From positions 1-39,841 of the forward strand of contig JAUNCV010000001.1 in assembly GCA_030526445.1 (NCBI GenBank): 39,841 bases of DNA, read 5' to 3'. Shown piece after piece: positions 23,730 through 34,499 of this stretch (position 1 is the first letter of the stretch; every line of letters begins with the position of its first letter). The DNA is from Bacteroidales bacterium. Its GTDB lineage: Bacteria; Bacteroidota; Bacteroidia; Bacteroidales; UBA3663. The notes beneath the pieces were generated by a model. That model searched no databases. It saw only the letters and a program-made list of their open reading frames with translations, and had not been told where the DNA came from. Made by a program: the position numbers and the translations under genes.

Positions 23730-24452
23730 TCAAACTTCAATAGCTTTCCACAGAGTATCGTCAGGAACAGGTGCAATGACTGTGACTTCTTCTTTTGATA
23801 CGGGGTGGATAAAGTTAGTTTTGCGGCTGTGGAGCGAAATGCCACCATCAGGATTGCTTCGAGGAGCACCATATTTCAAGTCGCCCTTGATAGAGAGACC
23901 TATGTGACTCAGTTGGCAGCGAATCTGATGGTGACGACCTGTGAAGAGTTGCACTTCGAGCAAAGCGTATCGAGGTGTTGTGTTGATGACCTTATAATGA
24001 AGTCTTGCTTCTTTGCATTCCTTTTGAGGGGCACGACGCATGGCGGCTTCAAGGCTGTCGTAGGCATAAGAGCGATTTTGCTTCTCATTGCGTATCAGCC
24101 AGTGTTTGAGGTCTGCCTCCATGGGTGGTGCATTCCTAACTCCAGTCTCTTCGCTCTTCCATACGTTTTCTACTATTGCCCAATAGGTTTTATGTACCTC
24201 GCCGCTGGCAAACATGCGGTTCATTCGTTCAAGAGCTTTGCTCGTTTTTGCGAAGATAACCACGCCGGTAGTGGGTCGATCAAGACGGTGAGTCACACCA
24301 AGGAATACGTTTCCGGGCTTATTGTCGCGCTCCTTAATAAAGCGCTTCAGGGTTTCTGGCAATGGCTCATCGCCTGTTTTGTCGCCCTGTACAATCTCAT
24401 GACAGGTTTTCGACACAATAATCAGGTGGTTATCTTCGTAAATGATTTGCAT
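23730..24452 (-). CDS. RluA-family pseudouridine synthase (catalytic domain only, 240 aa)
   Basis: Motifs IIYEDNHLIIVSK, the catalytic HRLDRPTTGVVIFAKT, YWAIV and TGRHHQIRCQLSHIG. No N-terminal S4 domain. Confidence 0.85.
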   Translation of the reverse strand: MQIIYEDNHLIIVSKTCHEIVQGDKTGDEPLPETLKRFIKERDNKPGNVFLGVTHRLDRPTTGVVIFAKTSKALERMNRMFASGEVHKTYWAIVENVWKSEETGVRNAPPMEADLKHWLIRNEKQNRSYAYDSLEAAMRRAPQKECKEARLHYKVINTTPRYALLEVQLFTGRHHQIRCQLSHIGLSIKGDLKYGAPRSNPDGGISLHSRKTNFIHPVSKEEVTVIAPVPDDTLWKAIEV

Positions 24453-24485
24453 TATTTGACAGTTTGACGATTTACAATTTGATGA

Positions 24486-26015
24486 TTACATTGCGTTGGC
24501 AGCAATGAGGATGATGTAGGCAATGATGCCACCAATCACACCAATGATAAGACCCGCCTTCGCCATATCGAAGGTCGAGATGATACCGGTTGACGAAGCA
24601 ATAGCATTTGGTGGGGTCGAAATTGGCAGAGTCATAGCGAGCGATGCTGCCATAGCAGTACCGTAAAGCAAGGTCTTGAGACCGCCAATGGCGACGAGGC
24701 TCTCGCCCATACCAATGCCCACGGTGCAGAGAATAGGAATGAGCAAAGCTGCGGTTGCGGAATTTGAAATGAAGTTTGAGAGCAACCAGCAGATAAGACC
24801 AGCAGAAATGAGTACAACAATAGGACTCCATTCTGCAAATGGAATAGCGGTCACAAGGTCAGTTGCCAGGCCCGACTTATTGAAGCCTAAACCAAGGGCA
24901 AAACCACCCGCAACCATCCAGAGCACACTCCAGTTAATCTTTTCAAGATCCTGTTTGCTCAACAGGCCGGTGAGGCAGAGGCAGCAAATAGGGACCAGAG
25001 CCACTACGTTGGCATTCAAACCGTTCCATTCGCCAGTGAACCACAGAACAATGGTGAGTACGAATGTAATAGCTACTACCCATGTCTTGTAACCTTTCTT
25101 CAGACCGCCATCAATTTTGAGTTCAATCTTCTCGCCCTTGCCGAAGGGGAAGAGCAGCATGAGTGCTACCCAACCGATAGCGAGGATGAGCAAAGTGATG
25201 GGCGCCATGGCCGAACACCAATCGAGGAACGAAGTCTGGCTCGACTCCAAACCGGCTGCCTCAAGGCGGGCAATGGTGTCAGGGTCGTTCAGATATTTTA
25301 CAGCCACACCATTAGGAGGTGTGCCGATAGGGGTGGCAATACCGCCAATGTTGGCACCTAGAGGAATGGCCATCGCCAAGGCAATCTTACCCTTCGAGCC
25401 ATTATCGGGCAAACTTCGAAGCACCGGTGCCAGGAATGCTAACATCATGGCAGCAGTAGCAGTGTTTGAAATAAAGGCCGAGAAGAGTGCAGTGACAAGA
25501 ATGAAGCCCATGAGAACGAAGGCTGGTTTGTTGCCAAAAGGTGCAAGCAGCGCTTTGGCCATGAAGACATCAAGACCAACTTTCTCAACGCCAATGGCGA
25601 GAACAAAACCACCCATAAAGAGCATCACTACAGGATCGGCAAAGGTAGCCATAATCGATTTATAGCTGATTGGGGTGCCGAGGTGCTGGGCCGAAGGATC
25701 GGTGAGCGATGGATCGTTGGCAAAGAGCCAAAGAGAAGAGTCGGATACTGTGAGCAGCATTACTACAATGATGAGCACCGATGTGCACCATGTAGGAATG
25801 GCCTCTGAAATCCAGAGGATGGCAGCAGTGACAAAGATGGCCACAATACGAGTTTCAATGAGCGAAAGCCCAGGTAGACCATAGGTGGCTGGATCCATAA
25901 ACAAAATGCCGAAGTAGGCAATCAAGGCAAGGAGCGAACCAATGACAGTCTTGACATTGGAGGGCTTGCGGAAGTCGCGATAGCGACGCACCAATACATT
26001 GTTGCGTAAGCTCAT
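24486..26015 (-). CDS. DASS/SLC13-family sodium-coupled anion (di/tricarboxylate or sulfate) symporter (509 aa)
   Basis: Polytopic membrane protein carrying the two hallmark hairpin-tip motifs FISNTATAAMMLA and FISNSATAALLIPI. Confidence 0.8.
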   Translation of the reverse strand: MSLRNNVLVRRYRDFRKPSNVKTVIGSLLALIAYFGILFMDPATYGLPGLSLIETRIVAIFVTAAILWISEAIPTWCTSVLIIVVMLLTVSDSSLWLFANDPSLTDPSAQHLGTPISYKSIMATFADPVVMLFMGGFVLAIGVEKVGLDVFMAKALLAPFGNKPAFVLMGFILVTALFSAFISNTATAAMMLAFLAPVLRSLPDNGSKGKIALAMAIPLGANIGGIATPIGTPPNGVAVKYLNDPDTIARLEAAGLESSQTSFLDWCSAMAPITLLILAIGWVALMLLFPFGKGEKIELKIDGGLKKGYKTWVVAITFVLTIVLWFTGEWNGLNANVVALVPICCLCLTGLLSKQDLEKINWSVLWMVAGGFALGLGFNKSGLATDLVTAIPFAEWSPIVVLISAGLICWLLSNFISNSATAALLIPILCTVGIGMGESLVAIGGLKTLLYGTAMAASLAMTLPISTPPNAIASSTGIISTFDMAKAGLIIGVIGGIIAYIILIAANAM

Positions 26016-26075
26016 GGCTTTGATTAAATTTTTTAATGAGAATTATTAAATAAGAATGTGTAAAATTTAGCGCCC

Positions 26076-26083
26076 AAAGATAA
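26076..26083 (-). promoter_or_regulatory. Bacteroidota -7 promoter box (TAtcTTTG) for the DASS-rluA-gpr cluster
   Basis: Matches TAnnTTTG on the minus strand, 61 nt upstream of ATG 26015. Confidence 0.5.
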
Positions 26084-26145
26084 GTCATTTTCACCATATC
26101 GTAGCCAAAAGTGGCAGAAAAAATTCAACTCTGGACATAAAAGTA

Positions 26146-26173
26146 GGCAAAATGGGCAAATATTGGGCAAAAT
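26146..26173 (+). repeat. Three phased direct repeats (G)GGCAAA(A)T just upstream of the pta promoter
   Basis: GGCAAAAT at 26146-26153, GGGCAAATAT at 26154-26163 and TGGGCAAAAT at 26164-26173. The spacing is about one helical turn. The array ends 25 nt upstream of the -7 box. Confidence 0.6.
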
Positions 26174-26198
26174 CGGTACAACCAATGTCAAAAATCGT

Positions 26199-26206
26199 TA
26201 TATTTG
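26199..26206 (+). promoter_or_regulatory. Bacteroidota -7 promoter box (TAtaTTTG) for pta-ackA
   Basis: Matches TAnnTTTG on the plus strand, 62 nt upstream of ATG 26268. Confidence 0.6.
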
Positions 26207-26267
26207 CGCGTCAATAATTAAGTAATATAACTTTATCTTTATTCATAAATCAAACTTTATACAAGTT

Positions 26268-27302
26268 ATGGCATTAATGGACCAACTCGTTGCTAAGGCT
26301 AAGGCCAACAAGCAGCGCATTGTGCTCGCTGAGGGCACAGAACCTCGTACCATTCAGGCAGCTGACCGCATTCTTGCTGACGGTGTTGCAGACATTATCC
26401 TCATCGGTGCAAAGTCTGAAATCGACGCTCTCGTTGCAGAGTACGGCCTGAAGAACATTGACAAGGCTACTATCATTGAACCAGAGAACAATCCTAACGC
26501 ACAGAAGTATGCCGATCTCCTCTTCAAACTTCGCGAGAAGAAGGGCATGACCCCAGAGAAGGCTGCAGAACTTGTTAAGAACCCACTCTATCTTGGCACT
26601 CTTATCATCAAGAATGGTGAGGCTGACGGTCAGGTAGCTGGTGCTCGCAATACTACTGGCGACGTGCTTCGTCCAGCACTCCAGATTATTAAGACCGCTC
26701 CTGGCATCAGTTGTGTTTCTGGCGCATTCATCATGATTATGGAGAATGAGGCAGCAAAGGCTTATGGCAAGGAGGGTATCATGGTATTCGGCGACTGCGC
26801 TGTTACTCCAAATCCTGATGCTAAGCAACTCGGTCAGATTGCAGTTTGTTGTGCTGATACTGCACACGATATTGCAGGTATTGAGACCCCAGTTGTAGGT
26901 ATGCTTTCATTCTCTACCAAGGGTTCTGCAAACCACGAGATGTGCGACAAGGTGATCGAGGCTACCGCTATCGCAAAGGAACTTCGTCCAGAACTTCAGA
27001 TTGATGGTGAACTTCAGGCTGATGCTGCTATTGTTCCATCAGTAGGTGCAAGCAAGGCTAAGGGCAGCACCGTGGCAGGTCACTGTAACACCCTCGTATT
27101 CCCAACTCTCGAGGTAGGTAACATTTGCTACAAGCTTGTTCAGCGTCTCACTGGCGGTATTGCTATCGGCCCAATCCTTCAGGGTATCGCTGCTCCTGTC
27201 AACGATCTCTCTCGTGGTTGCTCTGTTGAAGAAATTTATCAGACTGTTACCGTAACCTGCAATCAGGCTATCGGTGCTAAGGAGCGTGCAGCAGCAAAAT
27301 AA
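26268..27302 (+). CDS. pta: Phosphate acetyltransferase
   Basis: Short-form Pta: KRIVLAEGTEPRTIQAA, GEADGQVAGA, GDCAVTPNP, LSFSTKGSA, NTLVFPTLEVGNICYKLVQRL, PVNDLSRGCS. Lies immediately upstream of ackA. Confidence 0.93.
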   Translation: MALMDQLVAKAKANKQRIVLAEGTEPRTIQAADRILADGVADIILIGAKSEIDALVAEYGLKNIDKATIIEPENNPNAQKYADLLFKLREKKGMTPEKAAELVKNPLYLGTLIIKNGEADGQVAGARNTTGDVLRPALQIIKTAPGISCVSGAFIMIMENEAAKAYGKEGIMVFGDCAVTPNPDAKQLGQIAVCCADTAHDIAGIETPVVGMLSFSTKGSANHEMCDKVIEATAIAKELRPELQIDGELQADAAIVPSVGASKAKGSTVAGHCNTLVFPTLEVGNICYKLVQRLTGGIAIGPILQGIAAPVNDLSRGCSVEEIYQTVTVTCNQAIGAKERAAAK

Positions 27303-27350
27303 TTCTGCTTGCTTACTTTTAACAATGTAAAGCATTATTTACAAAGAAAA

Positions 27351-28547
27351 ATGAAGATTTTAGTTCTGAACTGCGGTTCATCATCGTTAAAATATAAGGT
27401 ATTCGATGGCAAAGAGGTCATCGCTCAGGGTGGTGTAGAGAAAATTGGCCTCCCAGATTCATTCCTCAAACTCACCGATCCACAGGGCAATAAAGTTGTT
27501 GTTGAGCATTTCATGCTCGAGCACACTGCTGCTGTTGAGTTCGTATTCTCAGAGCACCTGCTCAATCCTAAGTATGGCGTGCTGAAGAGTGCAGACGAGA
27601 TTCAGGCAGTAGGTCATCGCGTGCTTCATGGCGCTATGAAGGTGACTAAGTCAAGCCTTGTGACCGATGAACTCATTCAGATTGTGAAGGAGTGTGCTGT
27701 ACTCGGCCCTCTTCACAATCCTGCTAACCTTAAGGGCATCATGGCTGTTAAGCAGCTCATGCCAAATGTTCCTCAGGTGGCTGTGTTCGATACCGCTTTC
27801 CACCAGACCATGCCAGAGAAGGCTTATATGTATGCCATCCCTCGCGAAATGTTCGAGAAGTGGGGCGTTCGTCGTTATGGCTTCCACGGCACTTCTCATC
27901 GTTTTGTGAGCAAGCGTGCTATTGAGTACTTGGGTCTCAACCCTAACAACTCAAAGCTTATTGTGGCTCATGTTGGTAATGGTGCTTCAATGAGCGCTGT
28001 TGTCAATGGTAAGTGTGTTGATACTTCTATGGGTCTCACCCCACTCGAGGGTCTCGTAATGGGTACTCGTTCAGGTGATATCGATGCTGCTGCTGTTACC
28101 TTCATGATGGAAAAGGAGGGTATGACTCCTGCTCAGATGGACACCATGCTCAATAAGCAGTCAGGTATGCTCGGTATGTGTGGTTGCAGCGATATGCGCG
28201 ATGCTTACCAGCAGGCACTTGACGGCCACAAGGATGCTCAGACCGCTCTTGACGTTTACTGCTATCGCATCAAGAAGTATATTGGTGCTTATGCTGCTGC
28301 TATGGGTGGTGTTGATGCCATTGCTTTCACTGGTGGTGTGGGCGAAAACCACAACTATGTGCGTGAGCAGGTTTGCAAGGACATGGAGTTCCTTGGTATC
28401 AAGATTGATGCAGAGAAGAATGCTGCTACTCACGGTGATGAGGCGATCCTCTCTACCGCTGACTCAAAGGTTATCGTAGCCGTTGTTCCTACCGATGAGG
28501 AACTCATGATTGCTACCGATACTGAGGAGATTGTTAGCAAGCTCTAA
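27351..28547 (+). CDS. ackA: Acetate kinase
   Basis: MKILVLNCGSSSLKYKVF, GHRVLHG, FDTAFHQTMPEKAYMYAIP, YGFHGTSHRFV, AHVGNGASMSAV, GLVMGTRSGDID, FTGGVGEN. I prefer the start at ATG 27351 over the track's 27309 because it gives the canonical N-terminus. Confidence 0.95.
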   Translation: MKILVLNCGSSSLKYKVFDGKEVIAQGGVEKIGLPDSFLKLTDPQGNKVVVEHFMLEHTAAVEFVFSEHLLNPKYGVLKSADEIQAVGHRVLHGAMKVTKSSLVTDELIQIVKECAVLGPLHNPANLKGIMAVKQLMPNVPQVAVFDTAFHQTMPEKAYMYAIPREMFEKWGVRRYGFHGTSHRFVSKRAIEYLGLNPNNSKLIVAHVGNGASMSAVVNGKCVDTSMGLTPLEGLVMGTRSGDIDAAAVTFMMEKEGMTPAQMDTMLNKQSGMLGMCGCSDMRDAYQQALDGHKDAQTALDVYCYRIKKYIGAYAAAMGGVDAIAFTGGVGENHNYVREQVCKDMEFLGIKIDAEKNAATHGDEAILSTADSKVIVAVVPTDEELMIATDTEEIVSKL

Positions 28548-28566
28548 ATATAGGTATAACTTAAGG

Positions 28567-28599
28567 CAAGGCCCGGTCATAACTTATGACCGGGCCTTG
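28567..28599. terminator. Bidirectional intrinsic terminator between ackA and the DUF5020-like gene (arms CAAGGCCCGGTCATA / TATGACCGGGCCTTG, 3-nt loop)
   Basis: Perfect 15-bp GC-rich stem between the stops at 28547 (+) and 28607 (-). Confidence 0.8.
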
Positions 28600-28606
28600 T
28601 CGTATC

Positions 28607-29314
28607 TTAAAGCGCGTATTTAACTGCAATAGTAGGGTTGATGAAGAAGGATTTGTCATTGTAAGTATTAAAGATGAAGTTGTTTGAAACCTCAATCTCA
28701 CCGCCAATGCTGAAGCCCTTCCACTTCTCGAAGTTGTACCAGAATTGTGGCTCAGATAGCATTACTAACTGGCCGTGACCATTGGCCTGCTCGCCACGCC
28801 AGAAATCGATGAAACCAGAGAAAGTACAACGATTATCGGCAAAGTTGATACCCCACACGCCAGTGAGCTGAAGTGATGCGTAGGCATCGTGGAACTGACC
28901 TTTGAAGTATTGTTTATACATAGCCTGTACAGACCAAGTGCGTGAGAAGTCTGCATTGTGTCCATTATAGGCAGGACCAATGAGGGCAGCACTTTGGTAA
29001 CGTGTGCTGGAGTTGAGTCCACCATCGAACTCAATGTGTGCTGAGAATTTGCTCTCTGGGGCGAACTTGAACTCACGGCTGATTTCAGTATAAGCAGCAC
29101 CAATACCATCGTGATGCATGTCAAGGTCTATGAACCAATACCATTGTCCAAGTTTGTCGGCCTTGAACTGTTCGTAGGTGAGAGTAACGAGTTGGCGTCC
29201 TGCCTCTTCGTCTGAATAGATGTTTCGACCAAAGTCACGATGCAACTGGAAGTTCTGAGCAAAAGCAGCTGCTGAAGCCATCAACAAAACTGCCATCAAG
29301 AGAAGCTTTTTCAT
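28607..29314 (-). CDS. DUF5020-like (Tsx-like) outer-membrane beta-barrel protein (235 aa)
   Basis: Signal peptide ending AFAQ. Alternating beta-strand pattern and aromatic-rich strands (QLHRDFG, WYWFIDLD, LTGVWGINF, TFSGFIDFW, EPQFWYNF, NPTIAVKYAL). This resembles the Bacteroides/Prevotella 230-aa DUF5020 family as I remember it; not verified by search. Confidence 0.6.
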   Translation of the reverse strand: MKKLLLMAVLLMASAAAFAQNFQLHRDFGRNIYSDEEAGRQLVTLTYEQFKADKLGQWYWFIDLDMHHDGIGAAYTEISREFKFAPESKFSAHIEFDGGLNSSTRYQSAALIGPAYNGHNADFSRTWSVQAMYKQYFKGQFHDAYASLQLTGVWGINFADNRCTFSGFIDFWRGEQANGHGQLVMLSEPQFWYNFEKWKGFSIGGEIEVSNNFIFNTYNDKSFFINPTIAVKYAL

Positions 29315-29349
29315 AATTGTTGTGATTAAGTGTTATATGTTCGACGCTG

Positions 29350-29357
29350 CAAAGATA
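29350..29357 (-). promoter_or_regulatory. Bacteroidota -7 promoter box (TAtcTTTG) for the DUF5020-like gene
   Basis: Matches TAnnTTTG on the minus strand, 36 nt upstream of ATG 29314. Confidence 0.55.
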
Positions 29358-29377
29358 GCAACTATTTCTGAAACAAC

Positions 29378-29416
29378 GAAAAAAGTGTGCCCGAAACTTC
29401 CGTTTCAGGCACACTT
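29378..29416 (-). terminator. Intrinsic terminator of the xyn10-GH9 operon
   Basis: Stem AAGTGTGCC...GGCACACTT with an inner GAAAC/GTTTC pairing. On the minus strand it is followed by TTTTTTCG. Lies 100 nt after the stop at 29516. Confidence 0.7.
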
Positions 29417-29515
29417 GCATGCAACTTGCCTTCTATTAACTAACTATTCTTCTATGAAATGTAATTTCTGATATGAATATTATTCAATCAGTCATTAGTG
29501 AACTATTTGCAAGTA

Positions 29516-32074
29516 TTACTTCACCTGGTCCTTAAATGCAAGGCCAAAGATGAGATAACCTGTATTACCAGCAATGGTTCCTTCGTTTTGTCCCCAGAGG
29601 AATGGCCAATCGTCAAAGTTTTCAAAGTGGTCAGGATTTCGGAACAAAAGACCTGGAGCTACATTGCCAGGAATGAATGAGAAGTCGGCGCGGTTATTGC
29701 CATAGAACACATTCTTCGGACGAGCTGCACCGACGGCCGCTACGAGCGAATAGTTGTGATACTGGTGGCAACCAAAGAGCCAGTCGGTAGCCTTATAGAG
29801 GTGACGCTTCTCAATGATGTCGGGGAAGTACTTGTGAGCATAGCAGACCGTGGTGCCAAACTGCACTACAGCGCCAGAACCTGCCCAATTGCGTAAGGTG
29901 AGTGGTACACCATAGGGATTTTCGGTTTCAAGGCTATCAATGTAGTTCTTGTACTTCTCTACATAAGGGCGAAGCTTGCTGAGATAGGCCTCGTCCATAA
30001 AAGGAACGGCGTCAAGAGCAGTGCTGATGCTCCAGTTGACATTCATGTCAAGGGTTTTCCAAATGCCAGCTTCAAATTTGTCGAGATACTGCAGTTCGCG
30101 TGTTGCGGCATAAAGTTGCAAGTTTGTGGCTACATTGCCAAAACCGCGCATTGACATCTGATCGTGTTCGCCCGAAATATGACGTTTGCTCTGACCTCGC
30201 TTGGCCATAATCTCTTCGGCCTCTTTCATGAGTCGCTTGCTCTGGGTGAGAGCACGTTTGGCAAGATCGTCGTTATAGCCTTGCAGGCATCGGCTTGCAG
30301 CTGCAAACATGGTAGCAGCACGGAAGTCAAGCATCGGGTTGCGGGTGGTGAAGGCCCACATATCGTCGGGCGTACCAGAGCGCTTGCCATCGGCCGAAAC
30401 CTCGTAAGGCTTGAGCTTTGGGTCATAATGCAAGCCATCGGTCAAAGAGCCGGCATCGCCTAGGTGATGATAGTTGTCGAGCACCGAATTGCTGAGGCAG
30501 CTGGCCATGTGTCCAATCTGCTCGGCCTGAGCCACAAGGTTGAGTGTGCCATGCTCGATGAACTGCAGAATATCGGGAACACCATCAGGTCGGTGCAGAT
30601 CAACATAACGCTGCTCTTCGGAGACAAAAGTCATATCGCGCTCGGTGTGGAAAACTTCCCAGATGCTGACAAGGTTCTGAACTACAGAGATGTTCGAACC
30701 AGTTTCGATATCAAAGTCTCCTGCATCGAAGAAGCCGCCCACGTTGAGGCCAGGGATGAGTTCGAGAGGCTTGTACTTGGTCTCAGTCTCTGGCCCCTGG
30801 AAGTGAAGGTCAAAATGGTCTGATGGCGGTGCCTGCAGATAGCCCTCCTTGAATGGCTCGCCATGCCACATGCGGTAGCCTTCATTCACAGCCATGTGGT
30901 TCATGTGAATAGGAATCCAGACATCGCTTGTGGCATCGGTGATGTGGTCGTACACATCGTTGCCGATGATAAAGTTGTTGGTCTTTGTTTGGCCATACTG
31001 AATAAAGTACACGCCGGGTTCGCGCAGTTCAGAGAAGTCAAACTTCACATAGTTATATTTAAAGTAGCGACCCCAGGTTGAGGTTTTCCCGCTGAATGCT
31101 GTTGTCACCTTGCCATCGGCATTCACTTTCATGATTGTGGCAGAAGCCTCAACTTTGTCGTTCTTGTCAAGCTCAATGACTGCAACCTTAGGCTGCTCGG
31201 GCAGATAGCCCACTTGGTTAAAACCAATATTCGGTTCACGAATCCAGCCGGGGATAGCATGTGGCTCTACAGTCCAGCTAATCACTTTGCCAGTCTTGTC
31301 GGCAGGGATTGAGCTGTGAAGCACAAACCAACCATTTTGAGCCAGCATGCGTCCATCATAGAGTTCCAGATCAGTATCGGAAGAAGAGATGCGAATCATG
31401 CGTTCTGGTGCATCAGAAGCAATAAGTAGGTCATGTCCTTGCGCCAATGGCAGTGGATCTATAAAGCGGTCTGTGCCGCGATCGTCGTAGGTTTTGAATC
31501 CTTTGAACTGCTTTGCTTTCTCGCGGTTCGGACGTGTTACAGTTTCGCTTACAGCATAGCGAGGGAGTCGGTCAATGCGGCCATCCATCTGGTAGGTTTT
31601 CTGCCAGTATTGAGAAGGACGGAATTCAAGATTGAAGCCAGCATCGCCCAGCAAAGCATTGGGCACAGGCTTGTCAAGGTAAACATCAATCTCAACCGTT
31701 TTTCCTTTGCCTGTAACTACAATGCGCGAGTCAAAGTCATAATCTTCATAGCGAAGGCAAACTTCGATGCTATTGTTCTCTTTATTGACTGTGCGTGAGG
31801 TCATGGTTGGTACCAAATCCCACTGCTCTGGAGTTTTGTTCAGACGTATGGCACCACCTTGAATGGTACGGTCACCATGGTGAATGATTTCAATGCCTGA
31901 GTTCTTCTCATCATTGAAACCGCCATTAAAGTCGTTGCTGAACACTAAAACATTGACACCCTGCTCTTCGAAATACTCGAGGTCGTTGAGCACAAGGGCC
32001 TGATTGGCCTCCTTCTGACCACAAGCGGTCAGAAGGAGTGCTAAACAGGAGAGATTGAAGAAAGTCTTCTTCAT
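29516..32074 (-). CDS. GH9-like glycoside hydrolase lipoprotein with an N-terminal extra domain and a cellulase-type Ig-like domain (852 aa)
   Basis: Lipobox LALLLTACGQ. Ig-like linker motif IGFNQVGYLPEQPKVAVIE. GH9-type GGFFDAGDFDIETG (the DAGD catalytic-base motif). C-terminal WGQNEGTIAGNTGYLIFGL resembles the GH9 NEvAi..NA acid motif. The family call is from motifs only. Confidence 0.6.
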   Translation of the reverse strand: MKKTFFNLSCLALLLTACGQKEANQALVLNDLEYFEEQGVNVLVFSNDFNGGFNDEKNSGIEIIHHGDRTIQGGAIRLNKTPEQWDLVPTMTSRTVNKENNSIEVCLRYEDYDFDSRIVVTGKGKTVEIDVYLDKPVPNALLGDAGFNLEFRPSQYWQKTYQMDGRIDRLPRYAVSETVTRPNREKAKQFKGFKTYDDRGTDRFIDPLPLAQGHDLLIASDAPERMIRISSSDTDLELYDGRMLAQNGWFVLHSSIPADKTGKVISWTVEPHAIPGWIREPNIGFNQVGYLPEQPKVAVIELDKNDKVEASATIMKVNADGKVTTAFSGKTSTWGRYFKYNYVKFDFSELREPGVYFIQYGQTKTNNFIIGNDVYDHITDATSDVWIPIHMNHMAVNEGYRMWHGEPFKEGYLQAPPSDHFDLHFQGPETETKYKPLELIPGLNVGGFFDAGDFDIETGSNISVVQNLVSIWEVFHTERDMTFVSEEQRYVDLHRPDGVPDILQFIEHGTLNLVAQAEQIGHMASCLSNSVLDNYHHLGDAGSLTDGLHYDPKLKPYEVSADGKRSGTPDDMWAFTTRNPMLDFRAATMFAAASRCLQGYNDDLAKRALTQSKRLMKEAEEIMAKRGQSKRHISGEHDQMSMRGFGNVATNLQLYAATRELQYLDKFEAGIWKTLDMNVNWSISTALDAVPFMDEAYLSKLRPYVEKYKNYIDSLETENPYGVPLTLRNWAGSGAVVQFGTTVCYAHKYFPDIIEKRHLYKATDWLFGCHQYHNYSLVAAVGAARPKNVFYGNNRADFSFIPGNVAPGLLFRNPDHFENFDDWPFLWGQNEGTIAGNTGYLIFGLAFKDQVK

Positions 32075-32122
32075 GGTTTTGCGTTAGTATATGATATTTA
32101 GTATTTGATTGTTCACAATGGT

Positions 32123-34357
<2,235 letters not shown>

Positions 34358-34391
34358 TTATGCAATTGATATTTTTTGCCGAAAGATGGTG

Positions 34392-34399
34392 CAAAGATA
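34392..34399 (-). promoter_or_regulatory. Bacteroidota -7 promoter box (TAtcTTTG) for the xyn10-GH9 operon
   Basis: Matches TAnnTTTG on the minus strand, 50 nt upstream of ATG 34342. Confidence 0.6.
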
Positions 34400-34445
34400 C
34401 AATGCCTTAAGCTATTAAACAATAGTGTTACATATATAAAAAGAT

Positions 34446-34482
34446 AAAATGTTACAAACCGGACCTCAGTTTGTAACATTTT
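34446..34482 (-). terminator. AT-rich perfect hairpin (14-bp arms AAAATGTTACAAAC / GTTTGTAACATTTT, 9-nt loop) followed by a U-tract. Likely terminator of the HTCS-like gene.
   Basis: Perfect inverted repeat that begins 18 nt after the stop at 34500. On the minus strand it is followed by ATCTTTTTAT. Lies 47 nt upstream of the -7 box of xyn10. Confidence 0.55.
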
Positions 34483-34499
34483 TAAGTGCTCGAAATGGG

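Noticed and set aside
24472-24831. 119-aa and 68-aa minus-strand ORFs overlapping the 3' end of the DASS symporter gene in other frames.
   Set aside because: They are out of frame with, and fully embedded in, a gene with strong family motifs. Their composition is rich in C/H/W/Y/R, which is typical of off-frame translation.
27309-27350. 14-codon N-terminal extension of ackA, and the TTG start of the aldo-keto reductase at 23733.
   Set aside because: The canonical acetate kinase N-terminus MKILVLNCGSSSLKY begins at 27351. The reductase's track start is a TTG rendered as M, and the ATG at 23727 aligns with the E. coli YghZ N-terminus as I recall it.
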